Assembly (NCBI GenBank): GCA_964394645.1
Contig: CAYMYC010000005.1
Coordinates: forward strand, 1 to 63,113
Source: an uncultured Gammaproteobacteria bacterium
Lineage (GTDB): Bacteria; Patescibacteriota; Microgenomatia; Levybacterales; GWA1-39-11
Direction of reading: 5' to 3'
DNA: 63,113 nt
Part shown: piece by piece, positions 9,795 to 19,824 of the stretch
Layout: every line of letters begins with the position of its first letter
Position numbering within the stretch: the stretch's first letter is position 1
The notes under the pieces: model-generated
Databases searched by the model: none
Told to the model about the DNA's origin: nothing
What the model saw: the letters and a program-made list of their open reading frames with translations, nothing else
Program-made: the position numbers and the translations under genes

Positions 9795-9870
9795 ATTACT
9801 ACTATGGAATACTCCCCACACCAATGTCAAGTATTGACTTGCAGTAACATCTCACATAGTATTAAATACT

Positions 9871-10362
9871 ATGACTGATACAACATGCCCCAAGTGCGGA
9901 TCAGAATTATCTCCAGTAACCATTACGACAACAGGCAAAAAACTTCAAAGATGCTCCACTGGAGTATGGGATAAAGATGAAAGAAAAAATATCGGATGTG
10001 ACTATATAAAATGGTTAGAGGTGGAACCTGAAACTCTTCCTGAAGCATGTCCTAAATGCGGAAGTCCGCTTGTTTTATCTACAACGAAAAATGGAAAGAA
10101 AATGAAAAAATGCAGTACAAACGTATGGGATAAGGAAACAAAAAAAGCAACCGGCTGCGACTATATAGAGTGGATAAATGGATCAAGCGAGGACTTAGAC
10201 GAAGATTGCCCTATGTGTGGCAAAAAACTAGTACTATACACTACTGCAACTGGAAAGAGAATGAAAAAATGCCAAACTGCCGGATGGGATAAAGAAAAAC
10301 GGATGGCAACCGGTTGCACATACATTCAATGGTTAAAAATGGGCGAGTACGAAAAGGCTTAA
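9871..10362 (+). CDS. topoisomerase-type C4 zinc-ribbon repeat protein (3 repeats)
   Basis: Three CPxCG..C..C.Y..W units; TTGACT-17-TAGTAT promoter upstream. Confidence 0.75.
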   Translation: MTDTTCPKCGSELSPVTITTTGKKLQRCSTGVWDKDERKNIGCDYIKWLEVEPETLPEACPKCGSPLVLSTTKNGKKMKKCSTNVWDKETKKATGCDYIEWINGSSEDLDEDCPMCGKKLVLYTTATGKRMKKCQTAGWDKEKRMATGCTYIQWLKMGEYEKA

Positions 10363-10401
10363 ACACTTACTCTAAATCTACTCTTTCTATCTTTAATAAA
10401 A

Positions 10402-10962
10402 CTACTTGAAGCCTTCATACTTATCAGTCACCTGCTCATAAGTCTGGGTTGGCAAATTTTCATTTTCTTTTACGCTTGATATATCTACAAATTCTTGATC
10501 TGCGGGAACTATAAAAATATTATCTGAGACAGGAGACTCTATGCAACTATCTCTGTATTCTTCTATCCCTTGCGAAATTTGCTTTTGCATACCTAAACTA
10601 GCTGTCTTGATAAAACTATCCGACAGTGAAATTTTTGTAGCGCTCTCACTGTTCCAGATATATACCGTATTATCCTTATATAAAACAGTGACATTTTCTA
10701 TTGGATTTATTGAAGTAATTTGGGTGTATATTTTTCCGTTTTTTATGTATGTTTGTGTTTTTCTTCCTCTCTTATCTTTATAGTCACATTTTATACTCAT
10801 TTTTTTTGTGAGGATATCTTCAAGTGAAGTAAATAAGGCATCTTGAGAGGAGTTATTTACTGGTAAAAACATTTTTCGTGAATTCTGAACAACCACATAA
10901 CCTCCAACACTCACCAGAAGAGTAATAATAATGAGTAAAATAATTCCTATTTTTGTTCGCAT
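10402..10962 (-). CDS. TM-anchored exported protein, paralogue of 12083-12688
   Basis: N-terminal TM; C..D..GRKT.TYIK.GK and Y..SC....VSD..F..P shared with the paralogue. Confidence 0.6.
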   Translation of the reverse strand: MRTKIGIILLIIITLLVSVGGYVVVQNSRKMFLPVNNSSQDALFTSLEDILTKKMSIKCDYKDKRGRKTQTYIKNGKIYTQITSINPIENVTVLYKDNTVYIWNSESATKISLSDSFIKTASLGMQKQISQGIEEYRDSCIESPVSDNIFIVPADQEFVDISSVKENENLPTQTYEQVTDKYEGFK

Positions 10963-11019
10963 ATATAAATATTACAAAAAAGCCTGTTCATCATTCAAGT
11001 AATACTCTATAATAGGTTG

Positions 11020-12063
11020 ATGACTGATATTGACCTCTTAAAAGATACAAAATTACGATACTCTACGGATAAAAAACCAGGATACACAAGAAAGAAAGTT
11101 AAAAATTCGTTTGAATATTTTGATACTGAAGGGAAAAAAATTACAGATCAAAAAATAACTGACAGAATACAGAAACTAGCTATTCCCCCCGCGTACAAAA
11201 ATGTCTGGATATGCAAGTATGCAAACGGACACCTTCAGGCAACGGGATATGATGCTAAGGGACGAAAACAGTATAGATACCACACACTTTGGAATCAAAT
11301 ATCACAACAGGAAAAATTCTCACATCTTTTGGAATTTGCACAGCATCTTCCTAAGATAAGAGCTACAGTCAAGCGTGACCTAACACTCATAGGCATTCAG
11401 AGAAAAAAAGTAATTTCTGCAGTTGTCTGGCTTCTTGAAAACACCCTTATCAGAATTGGAAATGAGGAATACGAACGCGAAAACAAATCCTATGGGCTTA
11501 CTACACTCAAAAATAGACACGCAAGTATTTCTTATAAATCGAATATTGTTTTTCAGTTCAAAGGAAAATCAGGAGTCTATCACAATGTAAGCATCAAGAA
11601 CAAAAAAGTAGCAAAAATTGTAAGAAGATGCAAAGAGCTTCCGGGTCAAGATCTATTTGAATACAAAGATGATGATGGAATTATCCAGACTATCTCCTCC
11701 CAAGACGTAAACACTTACCTTCGAGAAATTACAGGTGTAGAAATTACCGCAAAGGACTTTAGAACGTGGGGAGGAACGGTTCTTGCAGCTACAGCATTTG
11801 ATAGAGCAGGAATTCCTTCTCAGGAAGACGACTCAAAGAAGAACATAGTTGAGATAGTGAAAAAAGTTGCAACTCACCTAAGAAACAGACCTAATACTTG
11901 CAGAAAATATTACATTCATCCTCATGTTATAGATGCTTATATAAAAGGCTCAGTACTCTCAAATTGGAAAAAGATGGCAAATGCTAAAAAGGTAAAAAAA
12001 ATAGACGGATTAGATGATGAGGAAAACAATGTAGTTGCTATGATCACCGGACTTACGGGCTAA
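11020..12063 (+). CDS. DNA topoisomerase IB (bacterial, poxvirus-like)
   Basis: GYDAKGRKQYRY, IRIGNEEY, FKGKSG, KDFRTW, CRKYYIHP. Confidence 0.9.
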   Translation: MTDIDLLKDTKLRYSTDKKPGYTRKKVKNSFEYFDTEGKKITDQKITDRIQKLAIPPAYKNVWICKYANGHLQATGYDAKGRKQYRYHTLWNQISQQEKFSHLLEFAQHLPKIRATVKRDLTLIGIQRKKVISAVVWLLENTLIRIGNEEYERENKSYGLTTLKNRHASISYKSNIVFQFKGKSGVYHNVSIKNKKVAKIVRRCKELPGQDLFEYKDDDGIIQTISSQDVNTYLREITGVEITAKDFRTWGGTVLAATAFDRAGIPSQEDDSKKNIVEIVKKVATHLRNRPNTCRKYYIHPHVIDAYIKGSVLSNWKKMANAKKVKKIDGLDDEENNVVAMITGLTG

Positions 12064-12082
12064 TTACAAGAAGTTAAGATTA

Positions 12083-12688
12083 TTATTGATACTGCTCCAT
12101 CAATTCTTGGTACTGTGAGGGATCAACGCTCGGAACAACTACACCGCTTGGCATTATTCTCATCATTTCCGATAGATCTTGGAACTTTACATTTGTAGGT
12201 GGGGTAAATAATGAATCTGAGACAACAGCAGAACGACAAGATTGCCTATATTGCTCTATCCCTTGAAGAGTCGCCTGCCCCTGAGCTGCATTCAGGTTTT
12301 GAGCATCACTTCCTGACATTTTTTTCGTATCATATTTCATCATCATACCCTGTGCACCATTCCAAAAATACATTGTGTCCTCTTTTACAATTATAGTTCC
12401 TGAATCAGCAACTTCCCTGCCTGTTATCTCCGCTCTTACTTTTCCGCTTTTAATATAAGTTTTCGTTTTCCTACCTTCACCATCTGTAAACTCACAAGTC
12501 AAACTTAAAGATTTGTTGGTGAATATATCTGAGAGTGATGAAAAAGCTGAGGATTCTTTTGATGAAGGTTTCTTCATCATAGTATCTCTCACTGCCTTAT
12601 TTGTCACGCTTTGCATATACGTGAACCCAAAAAGACCTGCAAATATTATAATTGCTACACCTATAATTACCCAAAGTCTTACGTTCAT
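12083..12688 (-). CDS. TM-anchored exported protein, paralogue of 10402-10962
   Basis: Same shared motifs as the paralogue. Confidence 0.6.
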   Translation of the reverse strand: MNVRLWVIIGVAIIIFAGLFGFTYMQSVTNKAVRDTMMKKPSSKESSAFSSLSDIFTNKSLSLTCEFTDGEGRKTKTYIKSGKVRAEITGREVADSGTIIVKEDTMYFWNGAQGMMMKYDTKKMSGSDAQNLNAAQGQATLQGIEQYRQSCRSAVVSDSLFTPPTNVKFQDLSEMMRIMPSGVVVPSVDPSQYQELMEQYQ

Positions 12689-12739
12689 ACAGTAATGGTA
12701 ACACGAAACCATACGATGTCAAGGAAGTCAATCACAGTA

Positions 12740-13081
12740 CTATTTTTTGTGAAGAATTCTTCTTAATGCATCAGTTGTCCCGTCGGATTGAGGTAAGATT
12801 CCATTTGAAGCCATTGTCCGTAGTCTATCAGAAACGTGCATACCTTGACCAGAAATACCCGTCTTTTCTTCCTGAATAAATTTTGTAACTTCTGCCTGCG
12901 TAGTCATTCCCATGACTCTGACATCTGCTTGAAACGCAAATCTGTTTTTTTTGTGTCCCGAAGTTTCTGTGGGCAAATTACCCGATTTTTTATCCTGAAC
13001 CGATCTTTTTTGCGCCAACTGAACCTTCTCCCTATTTGTTAAAGAATATTCAGAATTATTATATCTTTCTTTTGATGGCAT
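12740..13081 (-). CDS. hypothetical protein
   Basis: ORF only. Confidence 0.5.
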   Translation of the reverse strand: MPSKERYNNSEYSLTNREKVQLAQKRSVQDKKSGNLPTETSGHKKNRFAFQADVRVMGMTTQAEVTKFIQEEKTGISGQGMHVSDRLRTMASNGILPQSDGTTDALRRILHKK

Positions 13082-13185
13082 TTTTCTAATAATAGTACCT
13101 GAAACTTAATTTGTAAAGCAAGAATTAAAAATAATAAAAATATTTGAAAATCGTTTTTTCAGGTGTATAATACCAAAATATACTT

Positions 13186-13839
13186 ATGTTACGAGAAATA
13201 TTACATTCACAGAAGACCTCGGTGGTAGCACTCGATGCAAAGATGGAGGAAGAAATGTTGTTTACTCATGATTTACGATCATTGGGTCATAAAGTAACTT
13301 ATACACAAAACGCTACCGAGGCTATGAACTTTCGCCAAAAGAATGATATCTTTCTTGTCGCAGAGTCTAGTATAAAAGATTTAAAAAATGTATTTCCACG
13401 CGGAACGATTGTAGCAATACCCTCTTCTCAGCTTGCCTATAGAAAAGTTACAGAATATCTAGATAAAGGCGCGGATCATGTGCATATTACTTCTCAATCA
13501 CCTGAAGTATTATCTGCCCATATGCGATCTATACAGAATAGAATGATCAATCCAGATGTGCATAAGCCAGTGAAAAACACACATAGGCTAAAAATAGATT
13601 CTGAAAGATTAATAGTCGAAAACAATGGACAAATTATTCCAGTTACCAAAAATGAATTTGAAATACTCTTTGTACTAGCGCAAAACACAAATTGTGCTAT
13701 CCCCAATCAAGAGCTAATTTCATTAACTAATACAGATGACATAAATAAACTTAATGGAATGATAAGAAGATTACGAAAGAAAATAGACCTAGACATAGTC
13801 TACTCCACCAAAAATAAAGGGTATATGTTATCTTGCTAG
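13186..13839 (+). CDS. OmpR/PhoB-type winged-helix regulator with degenerate receiver domain
   Basis: VTKNEFEILFVLA, IRRLRKKI and KGYML C-terminal domain; the receiver lacks the canonical Asp. Confidence 0.7.
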   Translation: MLREILHSQKTSVVALDAKMEEEMLFTHDLRSLGHKVTYTQNATEAMNFRQKNDIFLVAESSIKDLKNVFPRGTIVAIPSSQLAYRKVTEYLDKGADHVHITSQSPEVLSAHMRSIQNRMINPDVHKPVKNTHRLKIDSERLIVENNGQIIPVTKNEFEILFVLAQNTNCAIPNQELISLTNTDDINKLNGMIRRLRKKIDLDIVYSTKNKGYMLSC

Positions 13840-13898
13840 GTTGCAAGCATATATCAATTTTTTTATTTTTGTTTATTTTTTGGTATAATTTGCCACTT

Positions 13899-14618
13899 AT
13901 GACATCTACTGAAAACCTAAAGAGACCAACAGCTCAAAATGAATTAATGGCTGAACTGAATCCTCATGTTATGTACGCACTCCGTAGAGCTCTGTATGAG
14001 AATTCGCTGGATAGCGTAAGACAGAGCGTTAAATCTTCCCTAGGAACTGAAAAGGAAAACGGTACAACAGGATATGCACTAGGAAAAGTCTTTGAAATAT
14101 TTGCATATAATTATTTGCTCCTTAAAGAAAAACAAAATCTAAGAACCATACTCTCACCTCAATCTACAGCAAGATTCTTCTTAGCACTTCATCCTGAGGC
14201 AAAGTCTAAAAATCCTACGAGAGGTATGAAAAAAATATGGCACCCTCGTGGCATGCTTATTGAACATTCAAGTGATAAAAAAATAACAGAAGTAAAAAAA
14301 TTATACCAATATAGCTTAAAGCTTAGACCTGAAAAAATAGCTCTATCTATGAATGCAGATTCCTACATAACAGAGGTTAACACAAAACTTCTTGCGGAAA
14401 ATGATGAACCATTTAAGCGAGCTCGCAATTTTTTAAGTGTAAAATTCCATGAAAATGATCTAATATTAAAGCCTTCACAGGACCTATCGCTTATATTTAT
14501 TTTACCATCAGATAGCCAAAATAACGGTATCCCTGATGAAATGGTACAACGAATTCCTATTAAAAATCTTCAATTTAAAGAATTTTATAAGACAATTTTT
14601 GTTCCTTCGATACGTTAA
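13899..14618 (+). CDS. hypothetical protein, possibly a degenerate PD-(D/E)XK fold
   Basis: GKVFEIFAYNYL motif-I-like segment. Confidence 0.5.
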   Translation: MTSTENLKRPTAQNELMAELNPHVMYALRRALYENSLDSVRQSVKSSLGTEKENGTTGYALGKVFEIFAYNYLLLKEKQNLRTILSPQSTARFFLALHPEAKSKNPTRGMKKIWHPRGMLIEHSSDKKITEVKKLYQYSLKLRPEKIALSMNADSYITEVNTKLLAENDEPFKRARNFLSVKFHENDLILKPSQDLSLIFILPSDSQNNGIPDEMVQRIPIKNLQFKEFYKTIFVPSIR

Positions 14619-14644
14619 AAATATCTCTGGTATACTTATACCAT

Positions 14645-15031
14645 ATGAGACTTAATGCCCTTACATCCGACGAGAAACATATAATGCTCGATAAAGGCAC
14701 TGAGCCTCCTTTCAGCGGAGAGTATGACAATTTCTATAAAGACGGATTGTTTATTTGCCGCCAATGTAATACTCCACTATTTTCTTCTAAATCCAAATTT
14801 AATGCAGGCTGTGGATGGCCATCCTTTGATGACAATTACCCAGGAGCTGTAAAGCAAGTACCCGACTCGGATAACATACGTACAGAAATCCAATGCGCTG
14901 CCTGCAACGCACATTTGGGGCATGTTTTTATAGGCGAAAATCTTACACCTCAGAACACTAGACACTGTGTCAACTCTCTTTCGATTCGCTTTGTACCCAA
15001 AGACAGACTTAAAGAATTTAATATTTCCTAG
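14645..15031 (+). CDS. msrB: peptide-methionine (R)-S-oxide reductase
   Basis: GTEPPFSGEY, CxxC, GCGWPSF, HLGHVF, RHCVNS. Confidence 0.95.
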   Translation: MRLNALTSDEKHIMLDKGTEPPFSGEYDNFYKDGLFICRQCNTPLFSSKSKFNAGCGWPSFDDNYPGAVKQVPDSDNIRTEIQCAACNAHLGHVFIGENLTPQNTRHCVNSLSIRFVPKDRLKEFNIS

Positions 15032-15039
15032 AATGAGTC

Positions 15040-15363
15040 TTAATTAATTGCAGTAGGAACTTTAGCATTATTTTTTGCAGCATTCTTTATTTCAACTGCC
15101 CTTTTACTCACCTTCTTTACTGTTTTTTTTCCTTGCTTCTTTAACGCTACACTCTTTTTCCCATCGTATACCACTTGTGGTATCTTATCAATTGCCTGAT
15201 TTTTAACAATCTCAAGGGTATGAAGCACTTTCTCTTTTGTTTTAGGATTTTTGAGTGCTTCTGAGGCTGCAATCGCAACACTTGCACCAATTACTGCACC
15301 AATTCCTGCAGCAGCTACTGAATTTGTTCCCGTACTCTTTCTTTTTTTATTCACTTTCATCAT
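15040..15363 (-). CDS. YtxH-like / general stress Lys-rich protein
   Basis: AAAGIGAVIGASVAIAA followed by a basic tail; strong SD. Confidence 0.55.
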   Translation of the reverse strand: MMKVNKKRKSTGTNSVAAAGIGAVIGASVAIAASEALKNPKTKEKVLHTLEIVKNQAIDKIPQVVYDGKKSVALKKQGKKTVKKVSKRAVEIKNAAKNNAKVPTAIN

Positions 15364-15451
15364 AATTTACGTCACCTCCTTACTTTTTAGATTTTTAAAG
15401 TCTATAGAAAGCAGGTAAGAGGAGAATAAAAAAAGCGTAAGAAGTATGTAA

Positions 15452-16048
15452 TCACAAGTAAAACAGTGTATATAATACAAGCCCAAGAAATGCCATGCCA
15501 AAATTTTCAACTAAGGACACTTTTGTCAAAGGTACTTTTAAAAAAGTACCAAGACATACACACTTAAATTTTTCATGCTTAATAAGTTTTAAAGCAACTC
15601 CTAATCCTGAAAATGTCATAATCATTATCTCAAATATTAGCACTTCACGCCCAAGAAATCCTAAAATCATCACTAACCCAAGTGAAAATTCAATAAAGGG
15701 ATATAAGTAACTATAAAAGTTAACCTTTTTAGCAAGAAGATCGTATGTCCTATACCCTTGAGCAAAACCCTTAAGATCAATTAGCTTAAATGAAGCAAAT
15801 ACAAGAAAAAATCCAATCATAAAATTCTGAATGATAAATGTAATTTCAAAATTGGGGTAAGTAGTAAATAGTGATGAAATAAATATTATTCCGATTATAA
15901 TTAGTAAAGGTTTATAACTAGAACGTTCTACTACCTCATTGCCTGCCGTTTTTGTTTTCCCACGGTTTTGTATAAGTTCCATTCCGCATTTGGGGCAATT
16001 TCCCGGTTTATCTGAAATCACTTCAGGATGCATTGGGCATAGAAACAT
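15452..16048 (-). CDS. heavy-metal-binding domain (CPMHP..CPKCGM) plus MauE/DoxX-like membrane domain
   Basis: Motifs visible; CVCLG near the C-terminus. Confidence 0.8.
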   Translation of the reverse strand: MFLCPMHPEVISDKPGNCPKCGMELIQNRGKTKTAGNEVVERSSYKPLLIIIGIIFISSLFTTYPNFEITFIIQNFMIGFFLVFASFKLIDLKGFAQGYRTYDLLAKKVNFYSYLYPFIEFSLGLVMILGFLGREVLIFEIMIMTFSGLGVALKLIKHEKFKCVCLGTFLKVPLTKVSLVENFGMAFLGLVLYTLFYL

Positions 16049-16099
16049 ATTACCATTATACATCTTTCTTTTTTCTCAAATTTTTGTAATTATTAATAT

Positions 16100-16768
16100 A
16101 TGCCAAAGATCGGTGGGAAAAATATTCTTTCAGTTGAATTTAAAATATTTGCTGTAATTCTGACAATTGCAATTCTTAACAACATACTGCTTGCTAATCT
16201 TTCTGATAAAAGTGAAAACATTTATACTTTCTTCACTAGTATCCCTCTTTCTTTTTGCGTATATATTCTTTATATCATTACTAGCTGTTTCGGGATAATT
16301 TTTAAAAAAGGTAAGTTTCTGCGGTGGATTTTTATGGGACTTCTTGCCTTTATGACATACCACATTTTTGTAAACTTAATTGAGCTTATCTTAGATAAGC
16401 AGATAAGTCAAAACGGGGAAGCAATTTTATTAGATGCATTAATTATTTGGCTTTCAAGCCTACTGGTTTTTTCGCTATGGTACTGGATTATAGATAGGAA
16501 CGGACCCGTTGCCCGTGAATTAGCACAAAATGAAACAAGATATGACCTTCTTTTCCCTCAGTATCAGTCAAAAATTCCCGGCTGGGAAAATTTTAAGCCA
16601 AAATTTTTAGATTATATATTTTTTTCGTTTTTTACAAGTACAGGATTCTCTCCTGCAGATACTTTACCACTGACAAAACGCGTGAAAATGCTTATGATGA
16701 TGGAAGCAACAATATCACTTATTATTATTGGAATGGTCGCCTCCCGCGCTATTTCTCTCATTCAGTAA
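16100..16768 (+). CDS. DUF1345-like membrane protein
   Basis: DLLFPQ and FLDYIFFSFFTSTGFSPADTLPLT. Confidence 0.65.
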   Translation: MPKIGGKNILSVEFKIFAVILTIAILNNILLANLSDKSENIYTFFTSIPLSFCVYILYIITSCFGIIFKKGKFLRWIFMGLLAFMTYHIFVNLIELILDKQISQNGEAILLDALIIWLSSLLVFSLWYWIIDRNGPVARELAQNETRYDLLFPQYQSKIPGWENFKPKFLDYIFFSFFTSTGFSPADTLPLTKRVKMLMMMEATISLIIIGMVASRAISLIQ

Positions 16769-16770
16769 AT

Positions 16771-17442
16771 TCAAACTCCAGTGCCTATTGAGGATTTATA
16801 GGAAAATTTCTTGTTAAGAAAAAATACGCCTAAAATAATAAATATCCATGATGCCTGAGCCATAATCGGATGAAAATAAACAAGAGGGATAGATAACGTA
16901 AAGACAACAGGAGCAACCAATATTTTTGCCGTAACAAATGATATTCTCCTCTTAGTCATTTCAGGGGCTATTAGCCTGTTACTCATAGAGGCATACCACC
17001 AAATAATAGCAAGCATGTACCCAACCAAAGCAAGACTCGCTGAATAAAAAACAACCACTGCAGGAACGGTATAAAAATCTCCATATAAGTCAACTGGAAA
17101 AGGAACAAAGGAAACAAGAATAAGAAATACAATATTTAACCAAACTACTGTTCTATCAAATTTTTTTAATAACCCAAAAACAGTGTGATGGGTTAGCCAA
17201 TAATACCCAATTATTAGAAATGAAATAATATTCGCAAGATACTGTGGCCATAAGTTAATTAGTGAACTAGCAAGCTGTGCCTCTACGAAACCAGAATTTA
17301 TTTGTGGTATATCAATTTTTAATACAAGGAGTGTTGCAGCAAACGCAAATACTGCATCGGAAAAATTAACTACTCTATTTTCATCTATTATATTCTCGAC
17401 ATCTTCTTCTATCTTTCGCTCCTCAACAACTACTTGTGACAT
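16771..17442 (-). CDS. TMEM175 family (DUF1211) K+ channel-like protein
   Basis: RVVNFSDAVFAFAATLLVL and YWLTHH. Confidence 0.85.
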   Translation of the reverse strand: MSQVVVEERKIEEDVENIIDENRVVNFSDAVFAFAATLLVLKIDIPQINSGFVEAQLASSLINLWPQYLANIISFLIIGYYWLTHHTVFGLLKKFDRTVVWLNIVFLILVSFVPFPVDLYGDFYTVPAVVVFYSASLALVGYMLAIIWWYASMSNRLIAPEMTKRRISFVTAKILVAPVVFTLSIPLVYFHPIMAQASWIFIILGVFFLNKKFSYKSSIGTGV

Positions 17443-17557
17443 ACATAGATCATAAATGAAACGTAAATAAATAATCAAGAAGACACAAGATATGATATTT
17501 CATAGAGTAAATTATAAAAGCGTTGCATCAATAACGTTTTTATGTATAAATTAATAT

Positions 17558-19210
17558 ATGGATGAAAACTTGATAAGTGAGCTCAGAAAAAATTTCAGTG
17601 GAGATATAGAAAATGATCCGTCTACTCTCGCTGAATACTCACATGACGCAAGTCTATTTGAGGTAAAACCGCAAATTGTCGTTTTTCCTAAAAATGAAAA
17701 GGATGTTGCGAGCCTGGTAAAATTTACTGAGAGTAATAAAAAAAATCATCCCACTCTATCACTGACCGCAAGATCTGGTGGAACTGATATGGGTGGAGGA
17801 AGCATAAATGATTCTATAATTGTTGCATTTGGAAGATATTTTAACCACACACCTATAATAGATGACAGAATGGCAATTACAGAACCAGGAGTTTTTTATA
17901 GAGACTTTGAAAAAGAGACAATAAGGGAAGGGCTTATTTTCCCATCATATCCTGCATCCCGTGAAATTTGCGCTATGGGGGGTATAGTAAATAATAACTC
18001 TGGTGGAGAAAAATCATTATATTACGGAAAAACTGAAAAATATGTACACAACGTAAAAGTAGTTCTCAGAGACGGAAACATTTATAACTTCCACAAGATA
18101 TCAGAAGAAGTCCTCAAGAAGAAAATACAACAAAAAAATTTAGAGGGAGAGATATATAAAAAAATGTTTCATTTGATAGATAAAAATTATAAAGAGATAG
18201 AAGAAGCAAAACCTAGAGTTTCAAAAAATTCTGCTGGCTATAATTTATGGGATGTTTACAATAAAGTGGAGAAAACATTTGATCTTTCCAAGCTTTGGGT
18301 TGGCGCTCAAGGAACGCTCGGAATGTTGCTTGAAGCAAAAATTGATCTGGTTCCTCTTCATATGCATCGAGAGATGATGATTATCTTCTTGCATGATCTT
18401 TCACATCTAGGGGAGATTATAAAAATCGTAATGTCTGAGCATCCTGAAAGTTTTGAGTCGTATGATGACAACACTTTAAAACTTGCATTAAAGTATTTCC
18501 CGGAATTCGCAAAAAAACTAGGAGCAAAAGGCATTCTGGGCACGGGGATTGCATTTTTACCGGAGTTTATGATGGTTGCCCGCGGAGGACTTCCTAAATT
18601 AGTTTTACAAATTGACTTTACTGGAAATGATGCAGAAGAATTGAAGCAGAAAATTGTCTCATTAAAACAAAAGCTTGCGCCGCTTCACCCTAAATCAAAA
18701 ATAGCAATTGAAAATCAAGAACAGAAGTATTGGCTTATAAGACGTGAAAGCTTTAATCTCCTACGACAGAAAATAAAAAATAAACATACAGCACCATTCA
18801 TTGACGACTTCGTAATTCGTCCAGAATATATTGCAGAAGTAATCCCAAAGGTTGTTAGTATCTTAAAAAAACACAAAGAATTTGTTTTTACTGTTGCAGG
18901 ACATGTGGGAGATGGTAATTTTCATATTATTCCTTTAGTTGATATTACAAAACCATCAGTAAGGCGTGCAATTCCTGAGATCTCCCGACAAGTATATGAT
19001 GTCGTAATTTCGTACCACGGATCTATTACAGGAGAACATAATGATGGATTGGTAAGAACTCCCTACTTAAAACAAATGTATGGAGAAAAAATATATAACC
19101 TATTTTCCGAAACAAAAAATATATTTGACCCTCATAATATTTTTAACCCAAGGAAAAAAATAGGCGGAACCTTATCCTATGCTATGGATCATCTAAGAAC
19201 TAACTGGTAA
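17558..19210 (+). CDS. FAD-binding oxidoreductase (GlcD/D-lactate dehydrogenase family)
   Basis: RSGGTDMGG, GAQGTLG, GHVGDGNFH, GEHNDG, NIFNP. Confidence 0.85.
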   Translation: MDENLISELRKNFSGDIENDPSTLAEYSHDASLFEVKPQIVVFPKNEKDVASLVKFTESNKKNHPTLSLTARSGGTDMGGGSINDSIIVAFGRYFNHTPIIDDRMAITEPGVFYRDFEKETIREGLIFPSYPASREICAMGGIVNNNSGGEKSLYYGKTEKYVHNVKVVLRDGNIYNFHKISEEVLKKKIQQKNLEGEIYKKMFHLIDKNYKEIEEAKPRVSKNSAGYNLWDVYNKVEKTFDLSKLWVGAQGTLGMLLEAKIDLVPLHMHREMMIIFLHDLSHLGEIIKIVMSEHPESFESYDDNTLKLALKYFPEFAKKLGAKGILGTGIAFLPEFMMVARGGLPKLVLQIDFTGNDAEELKQKIVSLKQKLAPLHPKSKIAIENQEQKYWLIRRESFNLLRQKIKNKHTAPFIDDFVIRPEYIAEVIPKVVSILKKHKEFVFTVAGHVGDGNFHIIPLVDITKPSVRRAIPEISRQVYDVVISYHGSITGEHNDGLVRTPYLKQMYGEKIYNLFSETKNIFDPHNIFNPRKKIGGTLSYAMDHLRTNW

Positions 19211-19275
19211 TTTTCACAAAAAAAGTGTGAGATAGATCATTTAATCTAAGCTTTAGTTCTGAAATACTAAATAAT

Positions 19276-19824
19276 ATGTCAACTACAATACCGGAGCCAA
19301 TGCTTTCTAAATTTCTATTCTCGGATACAAAAATGTCATGGGTCTGGTTTATTGTTCGGGTGTATGTAGGTTGGGAATGGTTCCTTGCAGGCTGGGCAAA
19401 AATAAATAGTCCTTTATGGGTTGGTCAACAAGCGGGAAAACCCCTTAATGGATTCCTCATGGGGTCTTTGGACAAAGCATCTGGCATACACCCTGATGTT
19501 AGCGAGTGGTATGCTTCCTTCCTCAAGGTAATTGTGCTTCCCAACACTGTAGCATTTTCAAATACAATAGCGGTAGGTGAACTACTTGTGGGGCTAGCAC
19601 TTATAATAGGAGCATTTACCGGAATTGCTGCGTTTTTTGGAGCCTTCATGAATATGAATTATTTATTTGCAGGTACAATAAGCATAAACCCCCTTCTATT
19701 TCTGCTTCAATTATTTTTAATTCTTGCTTGGCGTATTGCAGGATTTTATGGACTTGATAGGTTTATTCTTCCTCTTCTGGGAACCCCCTGGCAAAAAGGG
19801 AAACTCTTTGTAAAAAAACGCTAA
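19276..19824 (+). CDS. DoxX/DoxD family membrane protein
   Basis: RVYVGWEWFLAGWAK, GELLVGLALIIG, AGFYGLD. Confidence 0.8.
   Translation: MSTTIPEPMLSKFLFSDTKMSWVWFIVRVYVGWEWFLAGWAKINSPLWVGQQAGKPLNGFLMGSLDKASGIHPDVSEWYASFLKVIVLPNTVAFSNTIAVGELLVGLALIIGAFTGIAAFFGAFMNMNYLFAGTISINPLLFLLQLFLILAWRIAGFYGLDRFILPLLGTPWQKGKLFVKKR

Noticed and set aside
11020-12063. Topo IB as a viral or prophage marker
   Set aside because: No phage or viral genes are nearby; bacterial Topo IB is well known.
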